A stretch of DNA of 64,000 nucleotides from Terriglobia bacterium (GTDB taxonomy: Bacteria > Acidobacteriota > Terriglobia > 20CM-2-55-15). The notes below the pieces were generated by a model. It searched no databases. It was not told the DNA's origin and worked only from the letters and a program-made list of their open reading frames with translations. Made by a program: the position numbers and the translations under genes. The stretch is from the NCBI GenBank assembly GCA_963664115.2, contig CAXWPJ010000009.1, positions 480,001 to 544,000 of the forward strand, in the 5' to 3' direction. Every line of letters begins with the position of its first letter. Position 1 is the stretch's first letter. Shown piece after piece: positions 53,494-62,085 of this stretch.

Positions 53494-54849
53494 GTGTATA
53501 TGAAGTTTAAAGGCACGGTTGCACTGTTTGGCCTCCTGCTCGTTCTGGGCGGATGGGTCTATTGGACCGATATACGAGGCCGCGAGGGACGGGAACGCGC
53601 CGCCGAAGAGGCGGCCCTGGCCTTTCCAGCAGACTACGAAAGCATCCGCCGGATCCGGCTGGTCTATCCCGATCGTTCTATCGAAGGTGTCCGAATTGAC
53701 GACGGCTGGGAGTTCGTTGACCCTCCAGGTCTTGAAGCCGACCCGAGTGCGTGGGACTTGCTGGCGTCTAACGTCCCCAGGATAGTCAGGGAAGAGACGA
53801 TTGTTTCGGAGCCGACGGACTTGGAGACATTCGGCCTGGACAGCCCCGGTATCGAGCTTGCGGTCGAGTTAGACGACGGGCGCGAAGAAGAGATTATCTT
53901 TGGTCGGGAGAATCCCGGCGGGACGCACTATTACGCCAAGCTCGCCTCCAGTGACGAAATCTTTCTTGCACCGAGTTCGTGGATCTCAACAGTAACCAAG
54001 GAAGTCAACGATCTTCGCGACAAGTCCGTCCTTCGCTTTGAGCAGGATTCAATCGACCGTATCGAGATCAGCGGTGTAGCCAACGTGGCTCTCAGCCTCG
54101 AAGAAGATTGGTCGATTGTGACGCCCATCGAGTGGCCTGCGGATTTAGCCGAGGTGAATACGTTTCTCGGAACGGTCGGTTTTGCACGCGCAACCGGATT
54201 TGCCGGCGAGGATCTCACAGACGCAGACCTGGGCCTGGACATGCCCCGGCTTCGCATCGTTCTACACGACAAAGTAAGCGATGGGGATCGCGTCCTGCTC
54301 ATCGGCGGCCAACCCGACAATGAACCGGATCGGTATTTCGCGAAAGACGCATCACGAGACACGGTCTTCATCGTCGAAGGAAACATCGTAGAGACCAGCG
54401 AGCAGCCCATCTTCGAGTGGCGCGATAAGACAATCGCGGATTTTGATCGGCCCCGGGTTACGGCCGTCCGGTTTGAGAGAGAAGGTGACAACTTTGTACT
54501 GGCCATGGGTGGGGAGGGTTGGGAGTTGCCCGACCAGCGACCCGCCAGACTGGAGACAATCTCTCTCATGTTCAACGCTGTCGAGTTCGAGCGCGCCACA
54601 GCCATCGTCGATGCCCCCGGGCCTTTGGGAGGGTACGGCCTCGATCCACCCCGGCTCCGGGTCGTTTTCGAGGCGGACGGTGAGGAACTGTTGGCCTTTG
54701 GTTTCGGTAACGACACCGCCGATGGCGACGAGTTGTATTGGAAGTCAGAGACGGAAACACAAGTCAAGGTCGTGTCGAAGGACGTTTTTGACCGGTTTGA
54801 CGTCACGGCAGAGGATCTCCTTGATACCGATGCGCTAGCGGCGCCGTAA
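53494..54849 (+). CDS. DUF4340 domain protein
   Basis: N-terminal TM; repeated (Y/F)GLDxP and RDK motifs; typical fourth gene of this operon type. Confidence 0.82.
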   Translation: MYMKFKGTVALFGLLLVLGGWVYWTDIRGREGRERAAEEAALAFPADYESIRRIRLVYPDRSIEGVRIDDGWEFVDPPGLEADPSAWDLLASNVPRIVREETIVSEPTDLETFGLDSPGIELAVELDDGREEEIIFGRENPGGTHYYAKLASSDEIFLAPSSWISTVTKEVNDLRDKSVLRFEQDSIDRIEISGVANVALSLEEDWSIVTPIEWPADLAEVNTFLGTVGFARATGFAGEDLTDADLGLDMPRLRIVLHDKVSDGDRVLLIGGQPDNEPDRYFAKDASRDTVFIVEGNIVETSEQPIFEWRDKTIADFDRPRVTAVRFEREGDNFVLAMGGEGWELPDQRPARLETISLMFNAVEFERATAIVDAPGPLGGYGLDPPRLRVVFEADGEELLAFGFGNDTADGDELYWKSETETQVKVVSKDVFDRFDVTAEDLLDTDALAAP

Positions 54850-54868
54850 ACTTCTGCTGCGGACTGAT

Positions 54869-55456
54869 ATGGCCATTTTTCGGAACGAGCCTGGTCCATC
54901 CCCAAGCACTTCAGGAGCGGAGCGCCGATCTCACCCATCCGAACTCGAATTCCGGGAGTCCTCGGTGAGAGGCCTGATAGCCGCCATCGCATCCAGCGTC
55001 GCGGAGGGCGTCCGCCAAAACAAATTGTCGACAGTCCTGGCACTGGCAGCACTTTTGGTTTTCATTCCGCTGATCGGGATTCGATACGATGAGCGGCCAC
55101 GGTATCGGCAGGTCATCCTTCCTGAAATCGAACGTCTTGAGGTGCTTTACCATGCGTCAATCGAGCGTTCCGAAGAGGGCCCGACCGACACGTGGCAACT
55201 CTACCACTTCATCGATGCTCACCGGAGAGCTGTGGACGTTCTTGATTACTTGAGAACGCGGAAGCCCGTGACCGGGCCGGGCATCCAGGCCCACGGAGAT
55301 CTAATCTTGTACTACGAGTTGGTCAACGAGCACTTTGCCATTCTCCGAACCGAGATGAGTCTGGCTCTGGACCTTGATTTTTTGGCCCGCTGGAAAGAGG
55401 TCGAACGGGCACTGAAGCCGATATACGATCGTTGGAGCGATTGGGTGCGCGGGTGA
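54869..55456 (+). CDS. Hypothetical membrane protein
   Basis: 195-aa ORF with one TM helix, co-directional with the operon. Confidence 0.6.
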   Translation: MAIFRNEPGPSPSTSGAERRSHPSELEFRESSVRGLIAAIASSVAEGVRQNKLSTVLALAALLVFIPLIGIRYDERPRYRQVILPEIERLEVLYHASIERSEEGPTDTWQLYHFIDAHRRAVDVLDYLRTRKPVTGPGIQAHGDLILYYELVNEHFAILRTEMSLALDLDFLARWKEVERALKPIYDRWSDWVRG

Positions 55457-55573
55457 GGGAATTCCGCTCCACGTAACAGCCAGAATCCGCTGGCTTTGCC
55501 TAACGGGACCAAATTCCACCGTCCCGTTAGGCAGAAAATGTCCCGTTAGGCAGAAATTCAGGGGTAAGTTTTT

Positions 55574-55831
55574 TCACTTGCCAGCGCCGGTGGCGTCGCC
55601 GTCGATGGTGTTAAGAACGCCGATGAACGCAGATTCGGTAAGACCGGCTTCTTTCAAGGCGTAATTGATAATTTCGAAACTGGCGTAGTCGCCAATCTTC
55701 GGGAGGATGATCGTGGAATGTCCCCGCACCATAGCCCAGTTCATCTCGCTTTCGCGGTCAACTGTATATCCAATCTGATCTAATACTGCCTTGAGACGTT
55801 CCGGGGATTGCGGCGCGAGGGGCGTAGGCAA
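55574..55831 (-). CDS. HicA-like small toxin (putative)
   Basis: 85 aa, L..VL.QIGY.VDR...IILP...ALKEAGL pattern; next to hicB-like; catalytic His not evident. Confidence 0.55.
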   Translation of the reverse strand: MPTPLAPQSPERLKAVLDQIGYTVDRESEMNWAMVRGHSTIILPKIGDYASFEIINYALKEAGLTESAFIGVLNTIDGDATGAGK

Positions 55832-55835
55832 TGAG

Positions 55836-56138
55836 CTATGCCGCCATTGTCATCGGCACATCGAATTCATATACCTGATATTGCTCGTCGACACCGACGA
55901 ATTCGCCCTCATCTGGAGCGTTGCTTGCGCCGCTGAATCCAAGGGCTTGTAGGGTGTCCTCAAAGAGTCCCCGGTCATACAGCGAACCAATATAAAGTTG
56001 GATCGCATCGACCAGTGATTCCTTCGCTTGATCTGCCGTCATCCCCTGGGAATAGATTCCCAATCTTGGGCAATACGAGACGAACACCTTTGCATCTTCG
56101 TCTTTGCGAATTCCGCCTTTCAAACTAAAACTAATCAT
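55836..56138 (-). CDS. HicB-like antitoxin
   Basis: FVSYCPRLGIYSQGMTADQAKESLVDAIQLY; RBS AGGAG. Confidence 0.78.
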   Translation of the reverse strand: MISFSLKGGIRKDEDAKVFVSYCPRLGIYSQGMTADQAKESLVDAIQLYIGSLYDRGLFEDTLQALGFSGASNAPDEGEFVGVDEQYQVYEFDVPMTMAA

Positions 56139-56388
56139 CGCTGCACTCCTGCACCCCTCAGGTGCAAACATATTAGAGACTGGAAACCTTCAATTATATC
56201 CGACAAACACGAAAGCGCCAGACTCAAACACAAAGAAAGGCCAAACCTGCCATTCGGGAGGTTCAACTCCTTATTTATGTTAAATACGAGTCTTCGTCAA
56301 CCAAAATAAGTGAAATTTGTACGTTATACGGAAATGAGTTCTGAGAGCGTCTAGACATGATCTGTCAAACCTTTCTCCATCACCGGCG

Positions 56389-57639
56389 TTAACCAAATTC
56401 CCCATTGGGCAGAAAAGTTGGGTCGATCCCAAGCTCGAACATCTCGTGAATCAGGACAACAAGGTTGTGACATAGGATCTTGCACAGGGCCTCGTTGACC
56501 ATGGCCGTTTCTGACTTGGACCGAAGGCTGTCACCGAACTTCGCCTTTATCATGTGGAACGTAGTTTCGACATTGGATCGCTTGTGGTAGTGACTCAGGA
56601 ACTCATCCCGCCGGTACTGAAAGTAGTGATACATGCTCCGCCATGCCGCCGTTTTCGGCCAACCGTGCCGCTCCTCAGCACGCGGGAAGCTAATCGCACT
56701 GTTCTTCTTAAGGGCGATAAAGGGAGCGGCCCCCGCCTTCATCACTTGATAGACATTGTTGTAGGACAAATATCCTTTGTCGGCACTGACTTCCTCAACA
56801 TCAAACCCGCTGGTTGTTGTATCCAGAAGGCTCGGAAGCATGATTGAGTCGTGTGTGTTTCCGATCTCGACGGCGGTGACTATGTTTGTCTTCACGCCGC
56901 ACATGAGATGCGTCTTGATCCACTGGTGACGAAACCGCTCCTGTCCCCACTTGTGATCGAACCACCGCTCGAACTTCGATGTAGAGAAGCCCGAAGAATC
57001 CACTGCAAAGTCCGTTTCCACCGATGCCAGAGGAAGGGCTGAGGTTTCAATCAGCCGCTCTATGATGGGCCTCAGTTCCGGCTTTTCGAGGTAGTTGAAA
57101 ATGCTGTTGTAGTGTGGGACCTTCGAGATAAAGCCGTTTGCGTGAGACTGCCGAAGATCCGACATAAAGCGACGGCCCGATACGGTGCTGTAGACCTTGA
57201 ACGTCGCGGAAAAGATCGCGTCAGAGAGCGGGATACGGCGCTGTCCCTTGCCCGTCTGTGGGGGAGTCGGAACCAATTCACACAGGTTTCGAAGCAGCAC
57301 TTGGAACTGATCCTTCTCGTTTGTCTGAGCAGCGTTGTAGGACGGCCAGTCCTGCCGGTAAGTGGGCCGCTTGGTTGCGGTAACCGACTCAGGGATGGTT
57401 TTCGGCCCGTCCGGATTGTCCTGCCGTGCCCGGTAGATTTCGACTGCCAGCACGTGTTTGCACGGTTGCCGCCGTTCTTCGTAATCCAGGCACGTGCAAT
57501 GAGAGCTCTTCCCAAGGATCGTGACCGAGTATTTACCCGTCCCATACTGAGACGGAACCGACCATCGGCACTTATCCAGATTCGAGATACGAAACTTGTC
57601 GGCTATTTCGATAGCGTGTTGTTGTCTTACAGAGGTCAT
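56389..57639 (-). CDS. DDE transposase (IS4/IS5-clan YREK type) with N-terminal SWIM zinc finger
   Basis: CTC-x9-CKH; AVDSSGF, SADKGY and YHKRSNVETTFHMIK motifs. Confidence 0.9.
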   Translation of the reverse strand: MTSVRQQHAIEIADKFRISNLDKCRWSVPSQYGTGKYSVTILGKSSHCTCLDYEERRQPCKHVLAVEIYRARQDNPDGPKTIPESVTATKRPTYRQDWPSYNAAQTNEKDQFQVLLRNLCELVPTPPQTGKGQRRIPLSDAIFSATFKVYSTVSGRRFMSDLRQSHANGFISKVPHYNSIFNYLEKPELRPIIERLIETSALPLASVETDFAVDSSGFSTSKFERWFDHKWGQERFRHQWIKTHLMCGVKTNIVTAVEIGNTHDSIMLPSLLDTTTSGFDVEEVSADKGYLSYNNVYQVMKAGAAPFIALKKNSAISFPRAEERHGWPKTAAWRSMYHYFQYRRDEFLSHYHKRSNVETTFHMIKAKFGDSLRSKSETAMVNEALCKILCHNLVVLIHEMFELGIDPTFLPNGEFG

Positions 57640-57665
57640 TTAGCACTCAGCCTTTCTACGGGCCG

Positions 57666-57760
57666 TGCTAGAATTGACGTGGTTACCAAACCCGTCTTTC
57701 TGGCTTCGGCCTGAAGGATGCGCCCCGCTGACAGTTTGCGCTGCCAGTGGGGCTTTTTCT
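57666..57760 (+). ncRNA. Putative antisense small RNA upstream of transposase 1
   Basis: Extended -10 TGcTAGAAT (57666-57674); GC hairpin 57722-57753 followed by TTTTT. Confidence 0.45.
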
Positions 57761-57771
57761 GTTTAACCATT

Positions 57772-57825
57772 ACAATAAATCATTCTATGTTGACAATAAT
57801 ATTCTAGATCGTTACAATAAGTCAA
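57772..57825. promoter_or_regulatory. Sigma70 promoter (+) with overlapping divergent promoter and phased repeats
   Basis: TTGACA-17bp-TACAAT (57790-57818); TTGACT on minus strand at 57825; ACAATAA at 57772, 57793 and 57814. Confidence 0.7.
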
Positions 57826-57853
57826 CCCAAATGGCTAAATACGGATAAAATTA

Positions 57854-58945
57854 ATGGCTCGAATGACTAAAAAGGAAAGGGAAGAGCTACGCGCTTTTAT
57901 CATTCAGAATGTCCGCGCCAACCCTGCGGATATTACGAACAAGATCACTGAGGCGTTCCCTATTTCACGGCAAACAGGGCACCGGCATCTCAATTACCTA
58001 GTGGAGGAAGGCATCCTTTCGGCCGTCGGACAAACCAAGGCCCGAAAATATGAACTCGTGTTGCTTGAATCATTTAGTGTTACCGCGGAGGTTACCGATG
58101 AACTTGAGGAGCATGTGGTGTTGCGAGACGCCGAGAAAACTCTGCTGGGAGTGCCGGAGAACGTGCGCAATATCTGTCGGCACGGTTTTACCGAAATGCT
58201 CAATAACGTGATTTCGCATTCTGGGTCTCAGGAGGCACGTATTGTCGTAGTAAGAACGGGGGCGGACATAACTATCTCAATCAAGGACACGGGAATCGGC
58301 ATTTTTCGCAAGATCCAGCAAGACTTTGATTTGCCAGATCCGCGCCAAGCACTCCTTGAACTCACCAAGGGAAAGCTCACTTCCGATTCCACAAAGCACA
58401 CTGGCGAAGGCATATTCTTCACGTCTCGAATGTTTGACGAGTTCATGATCGCTTCGGGCGAGCTTGATTTTTGTCGCTTCAACAAGCAAGACGACTGGTT
58501 CTTTCAGGTCGAGGAACGGAAAGAAATCTCCGGAACTTTAGTCTGGATGAGGATTGCCCTGACCGCGTCCCAAACAGACAAAGAAGTGTTCTTGCAATTC
58601 GCTCCCGAGGAAGCTGACTTCGGGTTTACAAGGACGCATGTTCCCATCAATTTAGCCGTCTATGAAGGCGAGAAACTAATATCGCGGTCTCAAGCTCGGC
58701 GTCTACTTGCACGTGTCGATAGATTCGCCGAAGTCATGTTGGATTTTCGAGGAGTCGCCAGCATTGGACAGCCGTTTGCTGACGAGACTTTCAGGGTATT
58801 CCAGAAGCAACATCCTGGAACACGACTCGTCCATATCAATGCCTCGGAAGATGTTGAGAATATGATCTCCCACGTGAAAGCAACGGAGGCGTTTGACGAA
58901 CTCCAAGCCACTCTCTTCGATGACACGTTGCATCCAGACGAATAG
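57854..58945 (+). CDS. wHTH + HATPase_c + STAS-like (DUF4325) protein
   Basis: TEMLNNVISHS, DTGIGIF, HTGEGIFFTSR and SRSQARR...LDFRGVASIGQPFADE motifs. Confidence 0.85.
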   Translation: MARMTKKEREELRAFIIQNVRANPADITNKITEAFPISRQTGHRHLNYLVEEGILSAVGQTKARKYELVLLESFSVTAEVTDELEEHVVLRDAEKTLLGVPENVRNICRHGFTEMLNNVISHSGSQEARIVVVRTGADITISIKDTGIGIFRKIQQDFDLPDPRQALLELTKGKLTSDSTKHTGEGIFFTSRMFDEFMIASGELDFCRFNKQDDWFFQVEERKEISGTLVWMRIALTASQTDKEVFLQFAPEEADFGFTRTHVPINLAVYEGEKLISRSQARRLLARVDRFAEVMLDFRGVASIGQPFADETFRVFQKQHPGTRLVHINASEDVENMISHVKATEAFDELQATLFDDTLHPDE

Positions 58946-58982
58946 GTGGCTTATTGAATTCCCGCAATGATCGCAAAAATGG

Positions 58983-59344
58983 GGTAGTGTCCTAATTTGA
59001 ATTCTCACCTTTGAAAGACAAGCCGACTTGCCGGCTCAGCTTAGGAAGGGAGGCTGGATATGGAAAATGTGACGGCTATTTTGACGCCAGAGGTAGTGGT
59101 AGCGGTTGTGTATATACTAACTCTCTTGGCAGCTTGGTGTTGGGCGGTCTATTTCCTAAAGGACAAGACTGACGCGCTCTCTGAAAGGTCATTGAATGTA
59201 GTCATCGCGTCCATGATCGGAGTTATAACCGCAGTTCTGGCGTTTGTGGGTGTGGTCGAAGGCGCGGCGATAATTGCTCTTCTATCGGCAATCGCTGGGT
59301 ATATTCTGGGTGCTTCAACCCGGAATCGAAATTAGGACACTACC
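58983..59344. mobile_element. Non-autonomous IS1-type cassette (MITE/MIC), 362 bp
   Basis: 16-bp perfect IR GGTAGTGTCCTAATTT; 8-bp TSD AAAAATGG. Confidence 0.88.
59060..59335 (+). CDS. Small 3-TM membrane protein, passenger of the cassette
   Basis: RBS GGAGG; hydrophobic, ends LLSAIAGYILG; stop lies inside the right IR. Confidence 0.72.
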   Translation: MENVTAILTPEVVVAVVYILTLLAAWCWAVYFLKDKTDALSERSLNVVIASMIGVITAVLAFVGVVEGAAIIALLSAIAGYILGASTRNRN

Positions 59345-59377
59345 AAAAATGGCGATGCCAACGGTCGCAATGATCGG

Positions 59378-59449
59378 AAGAATCCCCCAGCGATGGAAGC
59401 GGGACTCACTGATCACGTTTGGACGCTGAACGAATTGATCGAGAGCTAA
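59378..59449 (+). pseudogene. IS1-family transposase C-terminal remnant
   Basis: Manual translation NPPAMEAGLTDHVWTLNELIES*. Confidence 0.7.
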
Positions 59450-59521
59450 AAAGCCCAACAGGTAGCGTTCGGCCCAATTCTAGCCACAATTAGTAGCACC
59501 GAACAAACATCGGGTATAATG

Positions 59522-59644
59522 CAAAAGGTCCCCCTGCCAGGGGACCTTTGAAAATCCGTCGAGGTCGGGAGATGGTAATTAGACTCTGACGGGAGATGGT
59601 AATTAGACTCTCCCATCATAGCGCCGTATGCGTGATCCCGTCAA
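59522..59644 (-). ncRNA. Putative repeat-containing sRNA with its own promoter and terminator
   Basis: TTGACG-18bp-TATGAT (59644-59615); 22-bp direct repeat x2; hairpin AAAGGTCCCCTG/CAGGGGGACCTTTT. Confidence 0.5.
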
Positions 59645-59721
59645 TCTCTTCTCTACCCGAAGTTCGCCCGGATCGCGCTGTGGTCTTAGTGCGGATGGGC
59701 TTTAATTAGGAAGACAGGAAA

Positions 59722-59994
59722 ATGAAACCTTATGAAGTTACTTACGATCTAAGAAAACCCGGACAGAACTATGATGGTCTGATTGAACGGCTACAGCAAT
59801 TGAAGGCTGTTCGAGTGGAGCAATCCACATGGCTAATGAGAAGCACTTCGCTTGCGCTTGATATAGCCAACGACCTGATGAGGTTTATGGACAAGAACGA
59901 CAGGCTTCTTGTCGCCGAGATCGTGCCGTCCAACACGGCATGGTACAACCTGCTGGTTACTAGTGATCAGATCAATCAGAAGCTCGCTTCCTGA
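59722..59994 (+). CDS. Cas2/VapD-like small protein
   Basis: YEVTYDL..PGQNY..LI..L...QSTW...DRLLV pattern; 90 aa. Confidence 0.7.
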   Translation: MKPYEVTYDLRKPGQNYDGLIERLQQLKAVRVEQSTWLMRSTSLALDIANDLMRFMDKNDRLLVAEIVPSNTAWYNLLVTSDQINQKLAS

Positions 59995-60004
59995 TTCGAT
60001 CCGA

Positions 60005-60036
60005 AGGCCAGCGGGGGCTTCGGTCTTCGCTGGCCT
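60005..60036. terminator. Strong hairpin downstream of the Cas2-like gene
   Basis: AGGCCAGCGGGGGC-TTCG-GTCTTCGCTGGCCT; no U tract. Confidence 0.5.
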
Positions 60037-60067
60037 GAAATCTTCGATGTTGTAAACATTCATTGAG

Positions 60068-60100
60068 TGTCTTATATCACAAGGGTCTTATATCACAAGG
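60068..60100. repeat. 16-bp tandem duplication
   Basis: GTCTTATATCACAAGG x2. Confidence 0.75.
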
Positions 60101-60142
60101 GCCAATCTAGCGGACCATCACCGAGATTTCCCCCGATCTAGG

Positions 60143-61984
60143 CCCAAAACAAGCGCATAACCAGTCCGCCGAGGCCCAGTTCGCGCCGATAGAATTCGAG
60201 GCATAGAATCCCGTTCCCGGATGGCCTGTTCCAGGTATCGAGTTTCTGTTGAATCTGTTTCAGTTCAGCCTCGCTGGTGTTGGACGGTTGACAGAAACCG
60301 GGACCTCGATCGCCCGGGCTCAGAGTCATGATCGGGTCAACATCGCAGAGGCTGACGCAACACATCCACCCCGCGGAACAAGACCGGCAACCACCGGTTC
60401 CAGGCCAGGATCCGGAACAGAATGCGCCGCCCGGTGCGCACGAGTTGGCACGGCACAAGCATGAAAGCGTTCAAGAAGGTTTTGAACTCCATGCGCAGCA
60501 CGGTTTGCTTCTCAGCCTGATATTTTTGGCCCCAACGTCCGGTTTCGGGAAGCAGCAATGCAAACCACGCTTTCAGTGTCCAGGCCAGTGACGCGATCAC
60601 CATGTAGGCCCAGTTGCTGGTCTGATCTCCGACCGGCATCCGCAACGCCTGAACGCCGTTCTTCAACTGCTCAATGAGATTCTCCTGATTGCACCGTTGA
60701 TTGGCACGCATCACAATCTGGTCGGCCGGATCCGAACGGTTGGTAATGTAGAAGAAGTACCGGATGTCGTCAAACAACACCTGCTCTCCTTTGGCCACCG
60801 ACAGATTCTTCCGCACCACGACGACACGGTAGTCCCGATCGCAGGCTCCGGGTCGATACCGAAACTCGGCCACATCCTCACCCTGCAAGCGGATATTGTC
60901 GAAACCGCGCTGCCGAACGATCTCTTCCTTCACGTTGTCGGGACGTTGGCGCGGTTCGGTCGCCACGTCGTATTTCGCGGGCCGTTCCAGGCGCTTCCAC
61001 TGGCGCGGCTCCAGTTCATCGGCCCGGGCCTTCAGGTTCGCCATCGCGTCAATCCCGAATATGAAACCCACCTGCTGGTCGTCCCATCCGTCCAGATGCC
61101 GGGTCTGGCTGAAGTCCGTGTCCCCGCGCAGCAGGATCTGGCGAAACCCCGCATGCCGGCACAATGCGATGGCTTGGTCGAACCGGACCGCGGCTCCTTC
61201 ATGCGACGGCCGGTTGCCGCTACGATTGACCAGATACAGCGGTTCGGCGGTGTTGGCCAGCGAGATCATCAGCGGGTGATATCCCCACGTCCCGTCGTAG
61301 GCCACGTCCATCCCTTGCTTGCATTCCCCCGTGGTTTCGGCCAGTGTCCCGTCCGCGTCCAACACCGCTTCTTCGAAAAACGCCGCCGGTTGCTGTCGCC
61401 AGACTCCGAGCCGGACTTGATTGGTTGCCTCCATCAGACACTCCACGTCGTCGGCCTCGAATCTCCGGCAGAAGTCTCCCGCCGTCGTCGGATCCGGAAT
61501 CCGTTGCGCTCCCAGCGCATCCAGATACACCGCATCGTTGCGCCGCAGTTCGATGTCTTCCAGGCACGTTCCTCCGCTCAAGGCGTTGTAGGCGATGTTC
61601 AGCACGTGATCCGACTCGTGATACGGCAGGTGCCGCTTCAACACATGCACGCCCTTGTCGATGGCTTCGATCAGCCCGGTCCGCCGCGCCACCAGTTGCA
61701 TCGTCCCGATACCACCAACCGATGTGCCCCGCGTCCGCTCTCCCATCTCGTACTGAATGTTGCTCGCCGAAAACATCGGCTCTACCTGATCCGTCCAATG
61801 CCGGTCCCCAAGCCGACGTTCGATTCGCCGCTTGCGGTTCCTCATGTTCTTGCGCGTATAATCGTTCATCTGAAATGCCTCCTTTTCCGAAGAATCTGTT
61901 CAAGGTTTTTTTCGCACGGAGAGGGGGCATTTCGGGTACTTCCGCTCTTATTGCACTATCATTTCCTCGTCAATCACGCCAGGG
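60143..61984 (-). mobile_element. IS1380-family insertion sequence, copy 3 (1842 bp), nested in transposon 1
   Basis: Flanked by TCTAGG on both sides; 5-bp deletion in the left IR. Confidence 0.92.
60337..61869 (-). CDS. IS1380-family DDE transposase
   Basis: Protein identical to the other two copies. Confidence 0.92.
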   Translation of the reverse strand: MNDYTRKNMRNRKRRIERRLGDRHWTDQVEPMFSASNIQYEMGERTRGTSVGGIGTMQLVARRTGLIEAIDKGVHVLKRHLPYHESDHVLNIAYNALSGGTCLEDIELRRNDAVYLDALGAQRIPDPTTAGDFCRRFEADDVECLMEATNQVRLGVWRQQPAAFFEEAVLDADGTLAETTGECKQGMDVAYDGTWGYHPLMISLANTAEPLYLVNRSGNRPSHEGAAVRFDQAIALCRHAGFRQILLRGDTDFSQTRHLDGWDDQQVGFIFGIDAMANLKARADELEPRQWKRLERPAKYDVATEPRQRPDNVKEEIVRQRGFDNIRLQGEDVAEFRYRPGACDRDYRVVVVRKNLSVAKGEQVLFDDIRYFFYITNRSDPADQIVMRANQRCNQENLIEQLKNGVQALRMPVGDQTSNWAYMVIASLAWTLKAWFALLLPETGRWGQKYQAEKQTVLRMEFKTFLNAFMLVPCQLVRTGRRILFRILAWNRWLPVLFRGVDVLRQPLRC

Positions 61985-62085
61985 TCTAGGTTGACTCTTC
62001 CGTTGGGCAGATCGTTGTTTTGTTGGGCAAATTGCTCCCGTTAGGCAAAGCCGAATCCGCTGGCTTTGCCCGAAAAGTAAATAAG

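Larger units (their letters stand above)
55492..62052. mobile_element. Cargo-carrying transposon 1 with SWIM-DDE transposase (6561 bp including nested elements)
   Basis: Perfect 17-bp TIR GGCTTTGCCTAACGGGA; 9-bp TSD GAATCCGCT at 55483-55491 and 62053-62061. Confidence 0.9.

Noticed and set aside
53931-55052. 373-aa minus-strand ORF
   Set aside because: Antisense shadow of the DUF4340 gene with no recognisable motifs
59566-59611. CRISPR array next to a Cas2-like gene
   Set aside because: Only two repeats, 2 bp apart, with no spacers and no cas1 or effector genes
40320-61984. Composite transposon bounded by IS1380 copies 2 and 3
   Set aside because: Copy 3 has its own matching flanks and is nested in another transposon; copy 2 sits inside one gene
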